DNA of 64,000 nucleotides from Deltaproteobacteria bacterium (GTDB lineage Bacteria; Desulfobacterota; GWC2-55-46): NCBI GenBank assembly GCA_016219075.1, contig JACRCJ010000286.1, positions 27,528 to 91,527 of the forward strand, read 5' to 3'. Shown piece by piece: positions 55,004 to 63,146 of this stretch (position 1 is its first letter; each line of letters starts with the position of its first letter). The notes under the pieces were generated by a model. It saw only the letters and a program-made list of their open reading frames with translations, ran no database searches and was not told where the DNA came from. The position numbers and the translations under genes were made by a program.

Positions 55004-55589
55004 ACATCACCTCGTCCGTCTTCCTTAAAGACGCGCTCAGCTCGAAGTCGTAGACCGTCTCCGAACCGAAGTCCCTCCTCTGGGTATAGGAGAGCGCGAC
55101 GTTGTCGAAGTAACCCGAGTTCTCCAGCGTAAAGATAAAGTCCGCAACCGCCCTGTTGGAGAGCGCGCTGCCAAGTATCCGGAGCTTCTTGGACCCGGCC
55201 GAATCGGAAGTGGAGAGATTTTTGAGCCACAGCCCCTGCGGCACGTCATGGCTCAGTTTTTTAAGCACATTGGACCACGAGATGCGCTTGTCGGCGAGGT
55301 CGGCCGTTACATTGAGGCGTTTTTTAAGCTCGGTTTCGGCCTGTTGCGCGTCCCTTATCCTTCTCGAAAGCTCCGTATAGATCGCCCCTTTGCCCGCGAA
55401 TGACTCTTTTCCCTTCTGCAGGGCCGCCTCTTCGGCCCTTTTTTGCGTTATTACCGTGTGCTGCCTGAAATAGACGAGGCCGGGGACGGCAAGGTAGGCG
55501 GCCGCGGCCAGGATGAACGTCCTCTTCCAGCGTTTGAGCCTCCATCCGTCCTTTATCTCATCGGGTATGAGGTTTATGCCTTTTATCAT
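54993..55589 (-). CDS. pilN: type IV pilus assembly protein PilN
   Basis: MIKGINLIPDE (INLLP-type motif) followed by a single TM. Start at the ATG at 55589 (ATGA overlap with the pilM stop). Confidence 0.7.
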   Translation of the reverse strand: MIKGINLIPDEIKDGWRLKRWKRTFILAAAAYLAVPGLVYFRQHTVITQKRAEEAALQKGKESFAGKGAIYTELSRRIRDAQQAETELKKRLNVTADLADKRISWSNVLKKLSHDVPQGLWLKNLSTSDSAGSKKLRILGSALSNRAVADFIFTLENSGYFDNVALSYTQRRDFGSETVYDFELSASLRKTDEVMYEW

Positions 55590-56605
55590 CGGGGCCCCTT
55601 TGCCGCAAGCCCGGCGGCTATGCTCAGGCACGGGGCTATCGCTCCGAGGGCCTGCCTGTCGATGCCTTTGGGTATCTTTATCTTCCTCAACGGGTCATCC
55701 GGGTACGACTGTATGCCGGTGAGGGTCGTGATAAGCCCGTCTATGCCAATCAACCGGGCGGTCCCGCCGGACAGGAAGAGCTTGCTCACGCCGCCCTCCC
55801 TGAACTGGGCCTGGTAGTAGTCGATAGACCTGTGCAGCTCGGTAGAGAGCCTCTCCAGCGGCGCGGTCATCGCCTTCAAGGCGGCCTTATCGCCCGTTAG
55901 GCCGCTGCTCACCTTCATATACTCTGCTTCGGTGTGATCTATATTGAGGGCCTGCGCCAGCGACCTCGTGATGTCCCCGCCGCCTACGGATATCTCCCGG
56001 ACGAACGAGAGGGTCTTGTCCTTTAATATCGCGAAAGTGCTCTTCGTCTCTCCGACGTCGAGCATCCCGTAATTGACTCCGGGCTCCCATTCGTTATTGA
56101 GGTCAAAGGCCGAAAGGAGCGCCGTTGGCGCGGCATCGAGCGCCCTTAAGTCAACTCCGGCCTCCTTGAAAAGCCTCATCTCGGACTCTATCTCGTTCTT
56201 CATGGCGGCAAAGGCTATTATCGAAAGGGTCTTGTCCTTGCCCCGGCCCGCGAGCACGTAATCGGATACGAGGTCGTCCGGCGCTATAGATAACTCCTTC
56301 CTTACCTCCCATTTGACCGCCTCCTTAAGGTCCTTCTCCGGCATCTCCGGCAGATGGAGGTGCTTGAATATGAGCGAATGGCCCGTGAACAGGGCCGCCA
56401 CGCGCCGCCCGGCGGCCCTCTGCGACCTGATCATCTCCGATAGAAAGCCCGGCTCCACGGGCTTTGCCTGGCCGCGCTCCGAAGGGAGCTTGAAGCAGGC
56501 AGCGGCCTTGAGGCTGTACGCGCCGGGGCGGCCGCCGAAGGCGACGAGCTTGACGGAGTAAGAGCCTATGTCGATTCCGGTAAGGTTTTTTGATAGCCAT
56601 AGCAT
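55586..56605 (-). CDS. pilM: type IV pilus assembly protein PilM (actin-like ATPase fold)
   Basis: LTGIDIGSYSVKLVAF phosphate-1 motif. Length 339 aa. DVGETKSTF and SGGTARL blocks. Confidence 0.8.
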   Translation of the reverse strand: MLWLSKNLTGIDIGSYSVKLVAFGGRPGAYSLKAAACFKLPSERGQAKPVEPGFLSEMIRSQRAAGRRVAALFTGHSLIFKHLHLPEMPEKDLKEAVKWEVRKELSIAPDDLVSDYVLAGRGKDKTLSIIAFAAMKNEIESEMRLFKEAGVDLRALDAAPTALLSAFDLNNEWEPGVNYGMLDVGETKSTFAILKDKTLSFVREISVGGGDITRSLAQALNIDHTEAEYMKVSSGLTGDKAALKAMTAPLERLSTELHRSIDYYQAQFREGGVSKLFLSGGTARLIGIDGLITTLTGIQSYPDDPLRKIKIPKGIDRQALGAIAPCLSIAAGLAAKGPR

Positions 56606-56607
56606 AT

Positions 56608-57330
56608 TTATTTCACGTCCCTGAAAGTTAGAAGCCTCAAGCTTGCGGCCTTCTTTCTTATCTCATTTTCCATCGACATGCCGGGGCCGAGCTTCAAGTA
56701 CCTCTCGTAGTGGCTTACGGCCTCGTCGTAATTTTCCATGCGCTCGAATGCTATGGCCAGGTTGAGGTGCGCGTGGGCGTAGCCGGGGCTGAGCCCTATG
56801 GCCCTTTTAAGCATCTCAACGGCCCTTTTATGCTCTCCTTCTTTATCGAGCAAAGCCCCATAGTTGTTAAGCGCCTCAGGGTAATCCGGCTTGAGCTCCA
56901 GCGCGCGAATGAACGAGGCGCGTGCGTCGTCTTCCCTGCCCTCTCCCATTAAGGCAAGGCCGAGGTTGTTGTAAAGGACGCTGTCGGACGGCTCGATGGA
57001 AAGCCCTTTCCTGAAGTCTTCCTTCGCCTCGCTGAACTGAAGGAGCCTGTAATGGCGCACCCCGCTTTCGTTATATTCCCGGGCGGTCATTACTTTGACT
57101 TGCATTGGCGCGAGGACCGTTTTCTTTGCCCCCGCCTCAACATGAACGCCCCTGCCCTTTATCGAGCGCGAGTAATAGGCGCCCATGACGATAGACGCGA
57201 TAGAGGCGGCCAGGAGCGGCAATACGGCCTTCTTCCTCCACGCCTTGAGACTCGGCAAGGACGGGCTTGGGGCCGTGTAAACATCCATTGCCGATTCGAG
57301 CTTTTTAAGTGCGTCGTGAAGGAGGCTCAT
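56608..57330 (-). CDS. membrane-anchored TPR-repeat protein (MshN-like)
   Basis: N-terminal TM, then three or four TPR units (…AKEDFRKGLSIEPSDSVLYNNLGLALMGEGR…). ATGA-coupled to the upstream ExeA-like gene. Confidence 0.6.
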   Translation of the reverse strand: MSLLHDALKKLESAMDVYTAPSPSLPSLKAWRKKAVLPLLAASIASIVMGAYYSRSIKGRGVHVEAGAKKTVLAPMQVKVMTAREYNESGVRHYRLLQFSEAKEDFRKGLSIEPSDSVLYNNLGLALMGEGREDDARASFIRALELKPDYPEALNNYGALLDKEGEHKRAVEMLKRAIGLSPGYAHAHLNLAIAFERMENYDEAVSHYERYLKLGPGMSMENEIRKKAASLRLLTFRDVK

Positions 57331-58295
57331 GGCAGAAAACCTCCCGCAAGGCTTAATGTAGTCCTCAACAGGGCGGGCCCCAGAAAAATCCCCGCTATGA
57401 GGGCTATCAGGAACGCCGACAGCGCTATATGGGGCCTATAGCGCCCTATCCCACGCTCCCCTCCGGCCTGAGCCCTTTGAGTGATGAAGCCGTCCCTTTC
57501 AAGCTCTTCAACTGCCCTATTCGCCTCTTGCCCGAGGACCTCCCTTTTGCCCGCTATGAAGGCCGCCGTAAGGGCCCTGTCGCAGACGATGTTTATGGCG
57601 CGCGGGATCCCGCGGCTTGCCCTGAATACCACGGCGAGGGCCTCTTCAGCGAACCTTACGCTATGTCTGCCTCCGGCTATGGCGAGCCTGGTCTGTATGT
57701 ATGCCTTCGTCTCCGCGAGGTCAAGCGGGCTTAAGTTGCATCTTATGGCTATCCTCTGGTTCAATTGACGCAGCTCATGGAGCGAGAGCATCTTTTTAAG
57801 TTCGGGTTGACCGACGAGCAGTAACTGTATGAGCTTATGCTTGTCGGTCTCGATGTTGGAGAGCAGGCGCACCATCTCAAGCGCCCCGGGTGTCATGTTT
57901 TGCGCCTCGTCTATTATCACAGCGGCGTTCACGCCCGCGGAAGCCCGCTTGAGGAGAAACCCGTTCAGGGCGTCGAGGTGCGCCTTTATCGAACCCCCTT
58001 TCGCGCCGAGACCGAAGTCCCCTGTTATGTTCTCAAGGAGCTCCTTGCCGGACAGTACCGGGTTCAATATAAGGGCGGTCTCCGTATTTTTGGGGAGCTT
58101 TTCGAGCAGGGCCCTGCAGAGCGTGGTCTTCCCTGTGCCGACCTCGCCGGTGAGGAGTATAAAGCCCTTCCTCTCCTTTATCCCGAAAAGCAGGAGGTCG
58201 ATGGCTTCACGGTGGCTCTTGCTCAAATACAGGAACTTCGGGTCCGGGGTGATGTGAAATGGGTTTTCTTTGAGATAAAAGAATTTTTCGTACAT
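57327..58295 (-). CDS. ExeA/GspA/MshM-like AAA+ ATPase
   Basis: MYEKFFYLKENPFHITPDPKFLY matches the ExeA N-terminus. Walker A GEVGTGKTT. C-terminal TM. Start at the ATG at 58295 is preferred over the track ORF start at 58361. Confidence 0.7.
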   Translation of the reverse strand: MYEKFFYLKENPFHITPDPKFLYLSKSHREAIDLLLFGIKERKGFILLTGEVGTGKTTLCRALLEKLPKNTETALILNPVLSGKELLENITGDFGLGAKGGSIKAHLDALNGFLLKRASAGVNAAVIIDEAQNMTPGALEMVRLLSNIETDKHKLIQLLLVGQPELKKMLSLHELRQLNQRIAIRCNLSPLDLAETKAYIQTRLAIAGGRHSVRFAEEALAVVFRASRGIPRAINIVCDRALTAAFIAGKREVLGQEANRAVEELERDGFITQRAQAGGERGIGRYRPHIALSAFLIALIAGIFLGPALLRTTLSLAGGFLP

Positions 58296-58342
58296 TTGAA
58301 GACCCTCAGCCCTTTCCGGATAGATGTCAATCAGGACATTTT

Positions 58343-60829
58343 TCAACGCATCTCGTGCCATTCGATGACGCTTACCGCGCCGCAGTCACCGCTGACGGTG
58401 ATGTTGTCGGTAACGGCCCTGTACTGGTCGTTCGTCCCGCCGTCCGTAAAGAAGACGCCGCTCTCAGGCGGCGGCGTTGAGTTAGCCGCGGGCATGAACG
58501 TACCCTCAAGGAAACTTGAAGAGACCTTTACGCCGCCGCCTCCCCCGGCGCTGGTCGGGGAGCCGAAGGTAAGAGTACGGGTCGAAGAGGAAGAGACGGT
58601 GACAGGGGAATCGAGGTACGCCTTGTATACGGCTCCGCCCCCGGCAGAGGAGTCGTTGAATGAAAAATAGCTCGACGTTGTAAGGCTCATCGGGACCGAG
58701 GCGCTTATGTCCCTTACGGAGACCGTAAACGAATATGAGCCCCCGCAGACTGCCGCAGCCGGAGACAGCCCGCCCCAGTACTGGAGGTTGGCCTTTGTCC
58801 AGCCGGTGAAATTAACCGTGTCCGAGGCTGAGGCGTTTACATGAGCAGCCGTTACAACCGCGGTGGTATCGACGGCGCTGTTAGGGGCCATAAGGCTTAC
58901 GGTAGCCTGCCCGTTCACGCCGGTTAAGGCAGTAGACGAACTCAGGCTCCCGTTCGTGGTCGAAAAGGTAACGGTCTTTCCGGAAACGGGGTTTCCGCCG
59001 GAGGTAAGGGTGGCGGTAACCGTGTAAGCGGAGCTTCCATCGGCGTAGATGGGGCCAGCGGGCGAGTGAAACAACGCGGCCCCGTAAGCCGTCACCGTGA
59101 CGTAGCTCCCTATGGTCCCTTCGGCGCCCCCGCAGCCGGTCCTGGGCACCGGGGTGACCGGGAAGGCGGCGGTCTTATCGGATGATACCGATTCCGTCGT
59201 GCTGAAGGTTATCGAAAACGATTTACTGCCGCCGGACGGTATGTCGTTAGCTGAGCTGTTCGACCTGAACCTTACGGTATTGGCGCACGACGCGCTCCAT
59301 CCCGAGGGCGGGGCGACCGATGAACAGTTCCAGTCGCCGCCGGATGCCGGGGTCGCTATGTCGACCTCTTTGATTGCGCACGCGCCGCCGTTAAATACGG
59401 TCCATGTAAAGGTCTCGTTCACCGAGCCGCTCGCAATTGTTGCGGGCGCGACCGTAGCCGAATACTGCGAGATCGTCCCGGTGTTCGACGTGACCGGGTC
59501 TGTCGTGACAGGGCCTCCGGCCAGCGCGCTCCCGCTCAGGCAGTACGCCTGCCCTATCGAGCCGGTAACGCGGTAGGTCCAGTAAAAGACCCCCGAGCCT
59601 TTGGGCGCGAGCGAGGAGACGCTGGCCGGCGAAGGGCCTGAGACAAAAGTTTCCGTCGCGCCACCCCCGCACGGCGTCAGGGCCGATGGAGCGATATCTA
59701 TGAGCGCGGTAGTGCCGTTGTTGACTGCCAGCATCTCAACCGTGATAACCTGCCCGGAGATGACGCTTACAGGCGTGATGGCGAGCGAGGCGGTGAAGTC
59801 CCCTATCAAGACGATATTAGAGTTGACGGTCGTCGATTTTGCCGTGGAAGCGCCGTTTGCCGCCCTTGCCGTGAAATAGACCTGCCCGGAGCTGTTCGCG
59901 GCGTATTCCCAGAAGACCGTCCCTGTCTCGCCCGGCAGGAGCGAGAACGCCGTAAGGCCGTAGACCACTGAGCCGGATACGTGGGTAGCGGCCGTTGTCC
60001 CGTTGCACCCCCTCGTGATACCCGAAAATGATGTCGCTGTCTTGGCCGAATAGCAGATATCCTCTCCTCCAACCCTTATCGTCCCGGTTGAGGGGAATTC
60101 GGCAGTGGAGCCGACGTTTATTATAGTTGCCGAGTCCGCGTGGTCGCCGTTCAAAGCAGTCGAGCCGAAAAAAGGCCCGGCGGTATTGGTCACTATGGCT
60201 GAGGACGCCGTGGGCGGAGAGGGCGCGGAGTTTATAGTAGTCTGCGTCGCCGTAGAGCGGTTCGTTGCCTGCATCGAAAGCGTTATGGTTTCTCCAGCGC
60301 CGACGGAGGACGGCGCGGCTGACAGCAAGGCCTCGATGGACCTCCGCGTCCATGCGGGCATGGCCCCTGCCCTGCTGAAATTACTCTGCGTAAGCACCCT
60401 TACGCTTGTGAAGGTATCTCCCGCAACGTCAGCGGACGCGGCCGAAGGGAGCGCCGTGATGTTGAAGGTAAGGCTTTCACCTGGAGAGACTTCCGCTGAA
60501 GTTGAGCCTGTGCCGCATATGCCGCTGGACTGCGTAAGGGCGAAGATGATCGTTCCGGCAGTGAAGCTGGTCACGCACCAGCCCGGCGGAGGCACTGTGG
60601 AGGCGCTAAAGCTGTATTTCGCGGTATCCACGTTGAACTCTATCTCCCTAATGTCCCTCGTGGAGCCGGAGTTGTTGGTCACGGTGACCGGCAGGACCGC
60701 TTCGGGGTCCTGCATCGTGACCTCCGCGCCCGCCGGCATCGACAGGCTGAATGTCTGCGCGGCCTCCGAAAGGGGCGGGCGGAAAAAAACTATAAACGTA
60801 AAAATAAGCGCGGACAAAAGTTTTCTCAT
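58343..60829 (-). CDS. large secreted Thr/Ser/Gly-rich protein with bacterial Ig-like (Big)/DUF11-like repeats; putative pilus-associated adhesin (PilY1/MshQ position)
   Basis: Signal peptide MRKLLSALIFTFIVFF. ~20% Thr+Ser. Repeated G-E-[ST]-[IL]-T-[FL] beta-sandwich-like blocks. Big-like block SGKTVTFSTTNGSLSSSTALTGVNGQATVSL. Sits at the 3' end of a minor pilin operon. Confidence 0.5.
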   Translation of the reverse strand: MRKLLSALIFTFIVFFRPPLSEAAQTFSLSMPAGAEVTMQDPEAVLPVTVTNNSGSTRDIREIEFNVDTAKYSFSASTVPPPGWCVTSFTAGTIIFALTQSSGICGTGSTSAEVSPGESLTFNITALPSAASADVAGDTFTSVRVLTQSNFSRAGAMPAWTRRSIEALLSAAPSSVGAGETITLSMQATNRSTATQTTINSAPSPPTASSAIVTNTAGPFFGSTALNGDHADSATIINVGSTAEFPSTGTIRVGGEDICYSAKTATSFSGITRGCNGTTAATHVSGSVVYGLTAFSLLPGETGTVFWEYAANSSGQVYFTARAANGASTAKSTTVNSNIVLIGDFTASLAITPVSVISGQVITVEMLAVNNGTTALIDIAPSALTPCGGGATETFVSGPSPASVSSLAPKGSGVFYWTYRVTGSIGQAYCLSGSALAGGPVTTDPVTSNTGTISQYSATVAPATIASGSVNETFTWTVFNGGACAIKEVDIATPASGGDWNCSSVAPPSGWSASCANTVRFRSNSSANDIPSGGSKSFSITFSTTESVSSDKTAAFPVTPVPRTGCGGAEGTIGSYVTVTAYGAALFHSPAGPIYADGSSAYTVTATLTSGGNPVSGKTVTFSTTNGSLSSSTALTGVNGQATVSLMAPNSAVDTTAVVTAAHVNASASDTVNFTGWTKANLQYWGGLSPAAAVCGGSYSFTVSVRDISASVPMSLTTSSYFSFNDSSAGGGAVYKAYLDSPVTVSSSSTRTLTFGSPTSAGGGGGVKVSSSFLEGTFMPAANSTPPPESGVFFTDGGTNDQYRAVTDNITVSGDCGAVSVIEWHEMR

Positions 60830-60843
60830 AAGCCTGCAGCCGG

Positions 60844-61593
60844 TCATTTGCTGAACCCCGCAAAGACCTCTCTCCGGGCGTTCTGCGCCTTCCCGAGAGA
60901 GATAACAGCCCTCATGCACTTCTTGAAAGGCGGCCCCGCAGGCTGGCCGCAGGTCTTGCCTGTGCCGAAGGCCGCCTCGTCCGGGTGCGATATCCTCAAT
61001 TGGTAGACGTCGCCTGTCGTGCCCGATACCCTTGCCGTGTAGGTCAGCGTGGCGGGCGCGGCGTCAGTGACCCTGTACCTTATTATCTCCGGCATATTGG
61101 ATGTAACGGAGCTTGCCAGGAGATTGGCCGACGCCAGGGGGTTGCTGCAGTCGGCTATTGTGTTGTCATACAGCTCAAGCCCCATGTTATTCGAAGTGCC
61201 CCATGAAAGCGCCATGTATACGGTCCTTGAAGGGTTCGCGCCCGCCGCCGTTATCGTGCTCTCGAAGGGCTCGCACTTGACCGAAGCGGCAAGGGTCGAG
61301 TCCCTGTTCTCGTATTCTAACACCTCCACGTCTACGGTCCCGCTGCCGGCGGGCTTGCCCAAATAGCCGTCGCGCCACGTCCAGTACAGAGACGCCGGCG
61401 CCTCCTTCAGATGGCCTATCGCGGCCTCAAGCCCTCCCTCGGCCGAATATAGCGCCCTTGCCGAGAGCGCCGCGCCGGTGGACCTTTCAAGGCTGCCGGT
61501 AAATAGCGCCACGAACACTGTCCCGAGTAGCGTTACGATGGCAAGCATTATTATCACCGCCACGATCGAAGCGCCTCTGGAGCCGAGCCTCAT
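60844..61593 (-). CDS. PilX-like minor pilin / pilus assembly protein
   Basis: N-terminus MRLGSRGASIVAVIIMLAIVTLLG resembles PilX-type leaders. Start at the ATG at 61593 abuts the upstream stop. The track ORF extends to 61680. Confidence 0.5.
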   Translation of the reverse strand: MRLGSRGASIVAVIIMLAIVTLLGTVFVALFTGSLERSTGAALSARALYSAEGGLEAAIGHLKEAPASLYWTWRDGYLGKPAGSGTVDVEVLEYENRDSTLAASVKCEPFESTITAAGANPSRTVYMALSWGTSNNMGLELYDNTIADCSNPLASANLLASSVTSNMPEIIRYRVTDAAPATLTYTARVSGTTGDVYQLRISHPDEAAFGTGKTCGQPAGPPFKKCMRAVISLGKAQNARREVFAGFSK

Positions 61594-62132
61594 TTGTTGA
61601 AGCTCCTCGGGTGTATCGAGGCCTTCAAGTCCAGCGATTCGGCGCCGCTCGTCAATGTAAGGTTCATGTTTATTATCCATATATCGGAGACCGCCGAGGC
61701 AGCGGAGCCGTCGGTCTTAAGGTACTCGAAGGAGAGCGCGCTTACGTTATTGGCGAGCGCGTCCTCCGGGTCAACGGCAATGGAACCCTGCCTCAACTTC
61801 AACGCCCCCGCGTCGAGCCGGAGCCCCCTGCCCTCGGAAAGGGTATTCACGAACCTCACCTCGGACGCCGTCCATGCCGTGATGTCGGCGGCCTGGGGGG
61901 CGCACGAATTCCCGGAGGCCGTGCACCTTACAAGCCTCAATTCCCTCGACGCCCTCTCGACGGCCAGCAGCCCATCAGCCGAAAGCTCGCTTCTTGCGTC
62001 CATCGCCCCGAACGACCTCGCGCCCTCGTATATCATCATCCCCGCGACAGCGGACACGATGCCGATAATGACTATCGCCATCAATATCTCTATCAGGGTA
62101 AAACCCTTCTCCCCGGTGAGGGCCGTTTTCAA
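61590..62132 (-). CDS. prepilin-type N-terminal cleavage/methylation domain protein (minor pilin, PilW/FimT-like), probable TTG start
   Basis: ...LKTALTGEKGFTLIEILMAIVIIGIVSA. A TTG at 62130-62132 overlaps the upstream TGA (TTGA) and would give a classic short leader MKTALTGEKG|FTLIE. The only ATG (62177) overlaps the upstream gene by 49 nt. Confidence 0.55.
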   Translation of the reverse strand: MKTALTGEKGFTLIEILMAIVIIGIVSAVAGMMIYEGARSFGAMDARSELSADGLLAVERASRELRLVRCTASGNSCAPQAADITAWTASEVRFVNTLSEGRGLRLDAGALKLRQGSIAVDPEDALANNVSALSFEYLKTDGSAASAVSDIWIINMNLTLTSGAESLDLKASIHPRSFNK

Positions 62133-62545
62133 TGGTTGGTTATCACGGTGGCGATATCCACCGAGCTCCCCGGCCATGAGACGGTGACCCTGACCCTCTT
62201 TGCCCGTATGTCGGAATCCGCGCAGCCCGGCATCGTGCCGCTCGACGCGTTAAGGTCTGCTTCCTGCACGCAGAAGACATCGAGCTGCCCCGTGAACCTC
62301 CCGAACGGCGCCGGAAGCGCGGCGGCGGGCTCGGATACTATGGTGGAAAAGCCGTTCGCCTTCTTGTCGGCCATGACCCTTTCGAGTTTTTCCTGAGCGA
62401 GCGACAGGCCCTGGGTAAGGGCTGAAGGGCCGCCGCTCGAACTTACACCGGTGAAATAAAGGAGTACGCCCGTGGAGATTATCCCGAGTATGACTATGAC
62501 CATCACGGCCTCTATGAGCGTGAAACCCGCTTCTTTACAGGTCAT
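62129..62545 (-). CDS. prepilin-type minor pilin (PilV/GspH-like)
   Basis: MTCKEAG|FTLIEAVMVIVILGIISTGV leader plus hydrophobic alpha1 helix. 138 aa. ATGA overlap with the upstream gene. Confidence 0.7.
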   Translation of the reverse strand: MTCKEAGFTLIEAVMVIVILGIISTGVLLYFTGVSSSGGPSALTQGLSLAQEKLERVMADKKANGFSTIVSEPAAALPAPFGRFTGQLDVFCVQEADLNASSGTMPGCADSDIRAKRVRVTVSWPGSSVDIATVITNH

Positions 62546-63135
62546 TGTATCGTTACCATGCCTGTATTCGGGGTTACCGAAATAGTCTCCGACAGCCCAC
62601 CCTTTGATAACACTATGGATTTGGACGCCGTGAGCCTTATGCCATCGCTGTCATAAGGTATGCCGAGGTTGTCGAACTCGATCACGCCCGGGACCGACCC
62701 GCCGAAGTCGGCCGCGACGGTAAACCCCGCGTAATCGCCGCTGTCGGTTTGGACGCAGAAGTAATCCGCGCCGGTGGAGGGGTCCCTCGCGCTCTCCACT
62801 GTCCCGCCCCCGTTCGGGTTCTCGCCCCATGTCCCGTCCCTGTCTGCGTCGTTCGTTATGGCATAGTGGCCGGCGCCCGCGCAGTTAGCGTCGGCGATAT
62901 TAAAACTTATCCTGTAAAGGAAGGCCGGCTCCGTCGAGGCCGGGGAATCAAGGCCGCTCCTTATGAGGGCGAGCGACTGGGCGTACCTTACGTCGTCCCT
63001 TACCTTTCTCGACAGGGCCGGGGCCGTCACCGAGGCGGTGCCCCTGAAGATCATCGGCGAGGCCGCTGCGGCCACTATTGCCATGATGATGAGCACAAAG
63101 ACGAGCTCGATAACGGTAAAGCCTTTTTTACCCAT
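62542..63135 (-). CDS. prepilin-type minor pilin (FimU/GspH-like)
   Basis: MGKKG|FTVIELVFVLIIMAIVAAAA leader. The track ORF 62542..63852 has a nonsense N-terminal extension. ATG at 63135 (ATGGGTAAAAAAGGC). Confidence 0.65.
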   Translation of the reverse strand: MGKKGFTVIELVFVLIIMAIVAAAASPMIFRGTASVTAPALSRKVRDDVRYAQSLALIRSGLDSPASTEPAFLYRISFNIADANCAGAGHYAITNDADRDGTWGENPNGGGTVESARDPSTGADYFCVQTDSGDYAGFTVAADFGGSVPGVIEFDNLGIPYDSDGIRLTASKSIVLSKGGLSETISVTPNTGMVTIQ

Positions 63136-63146
63136 CTTCGCCCCAA

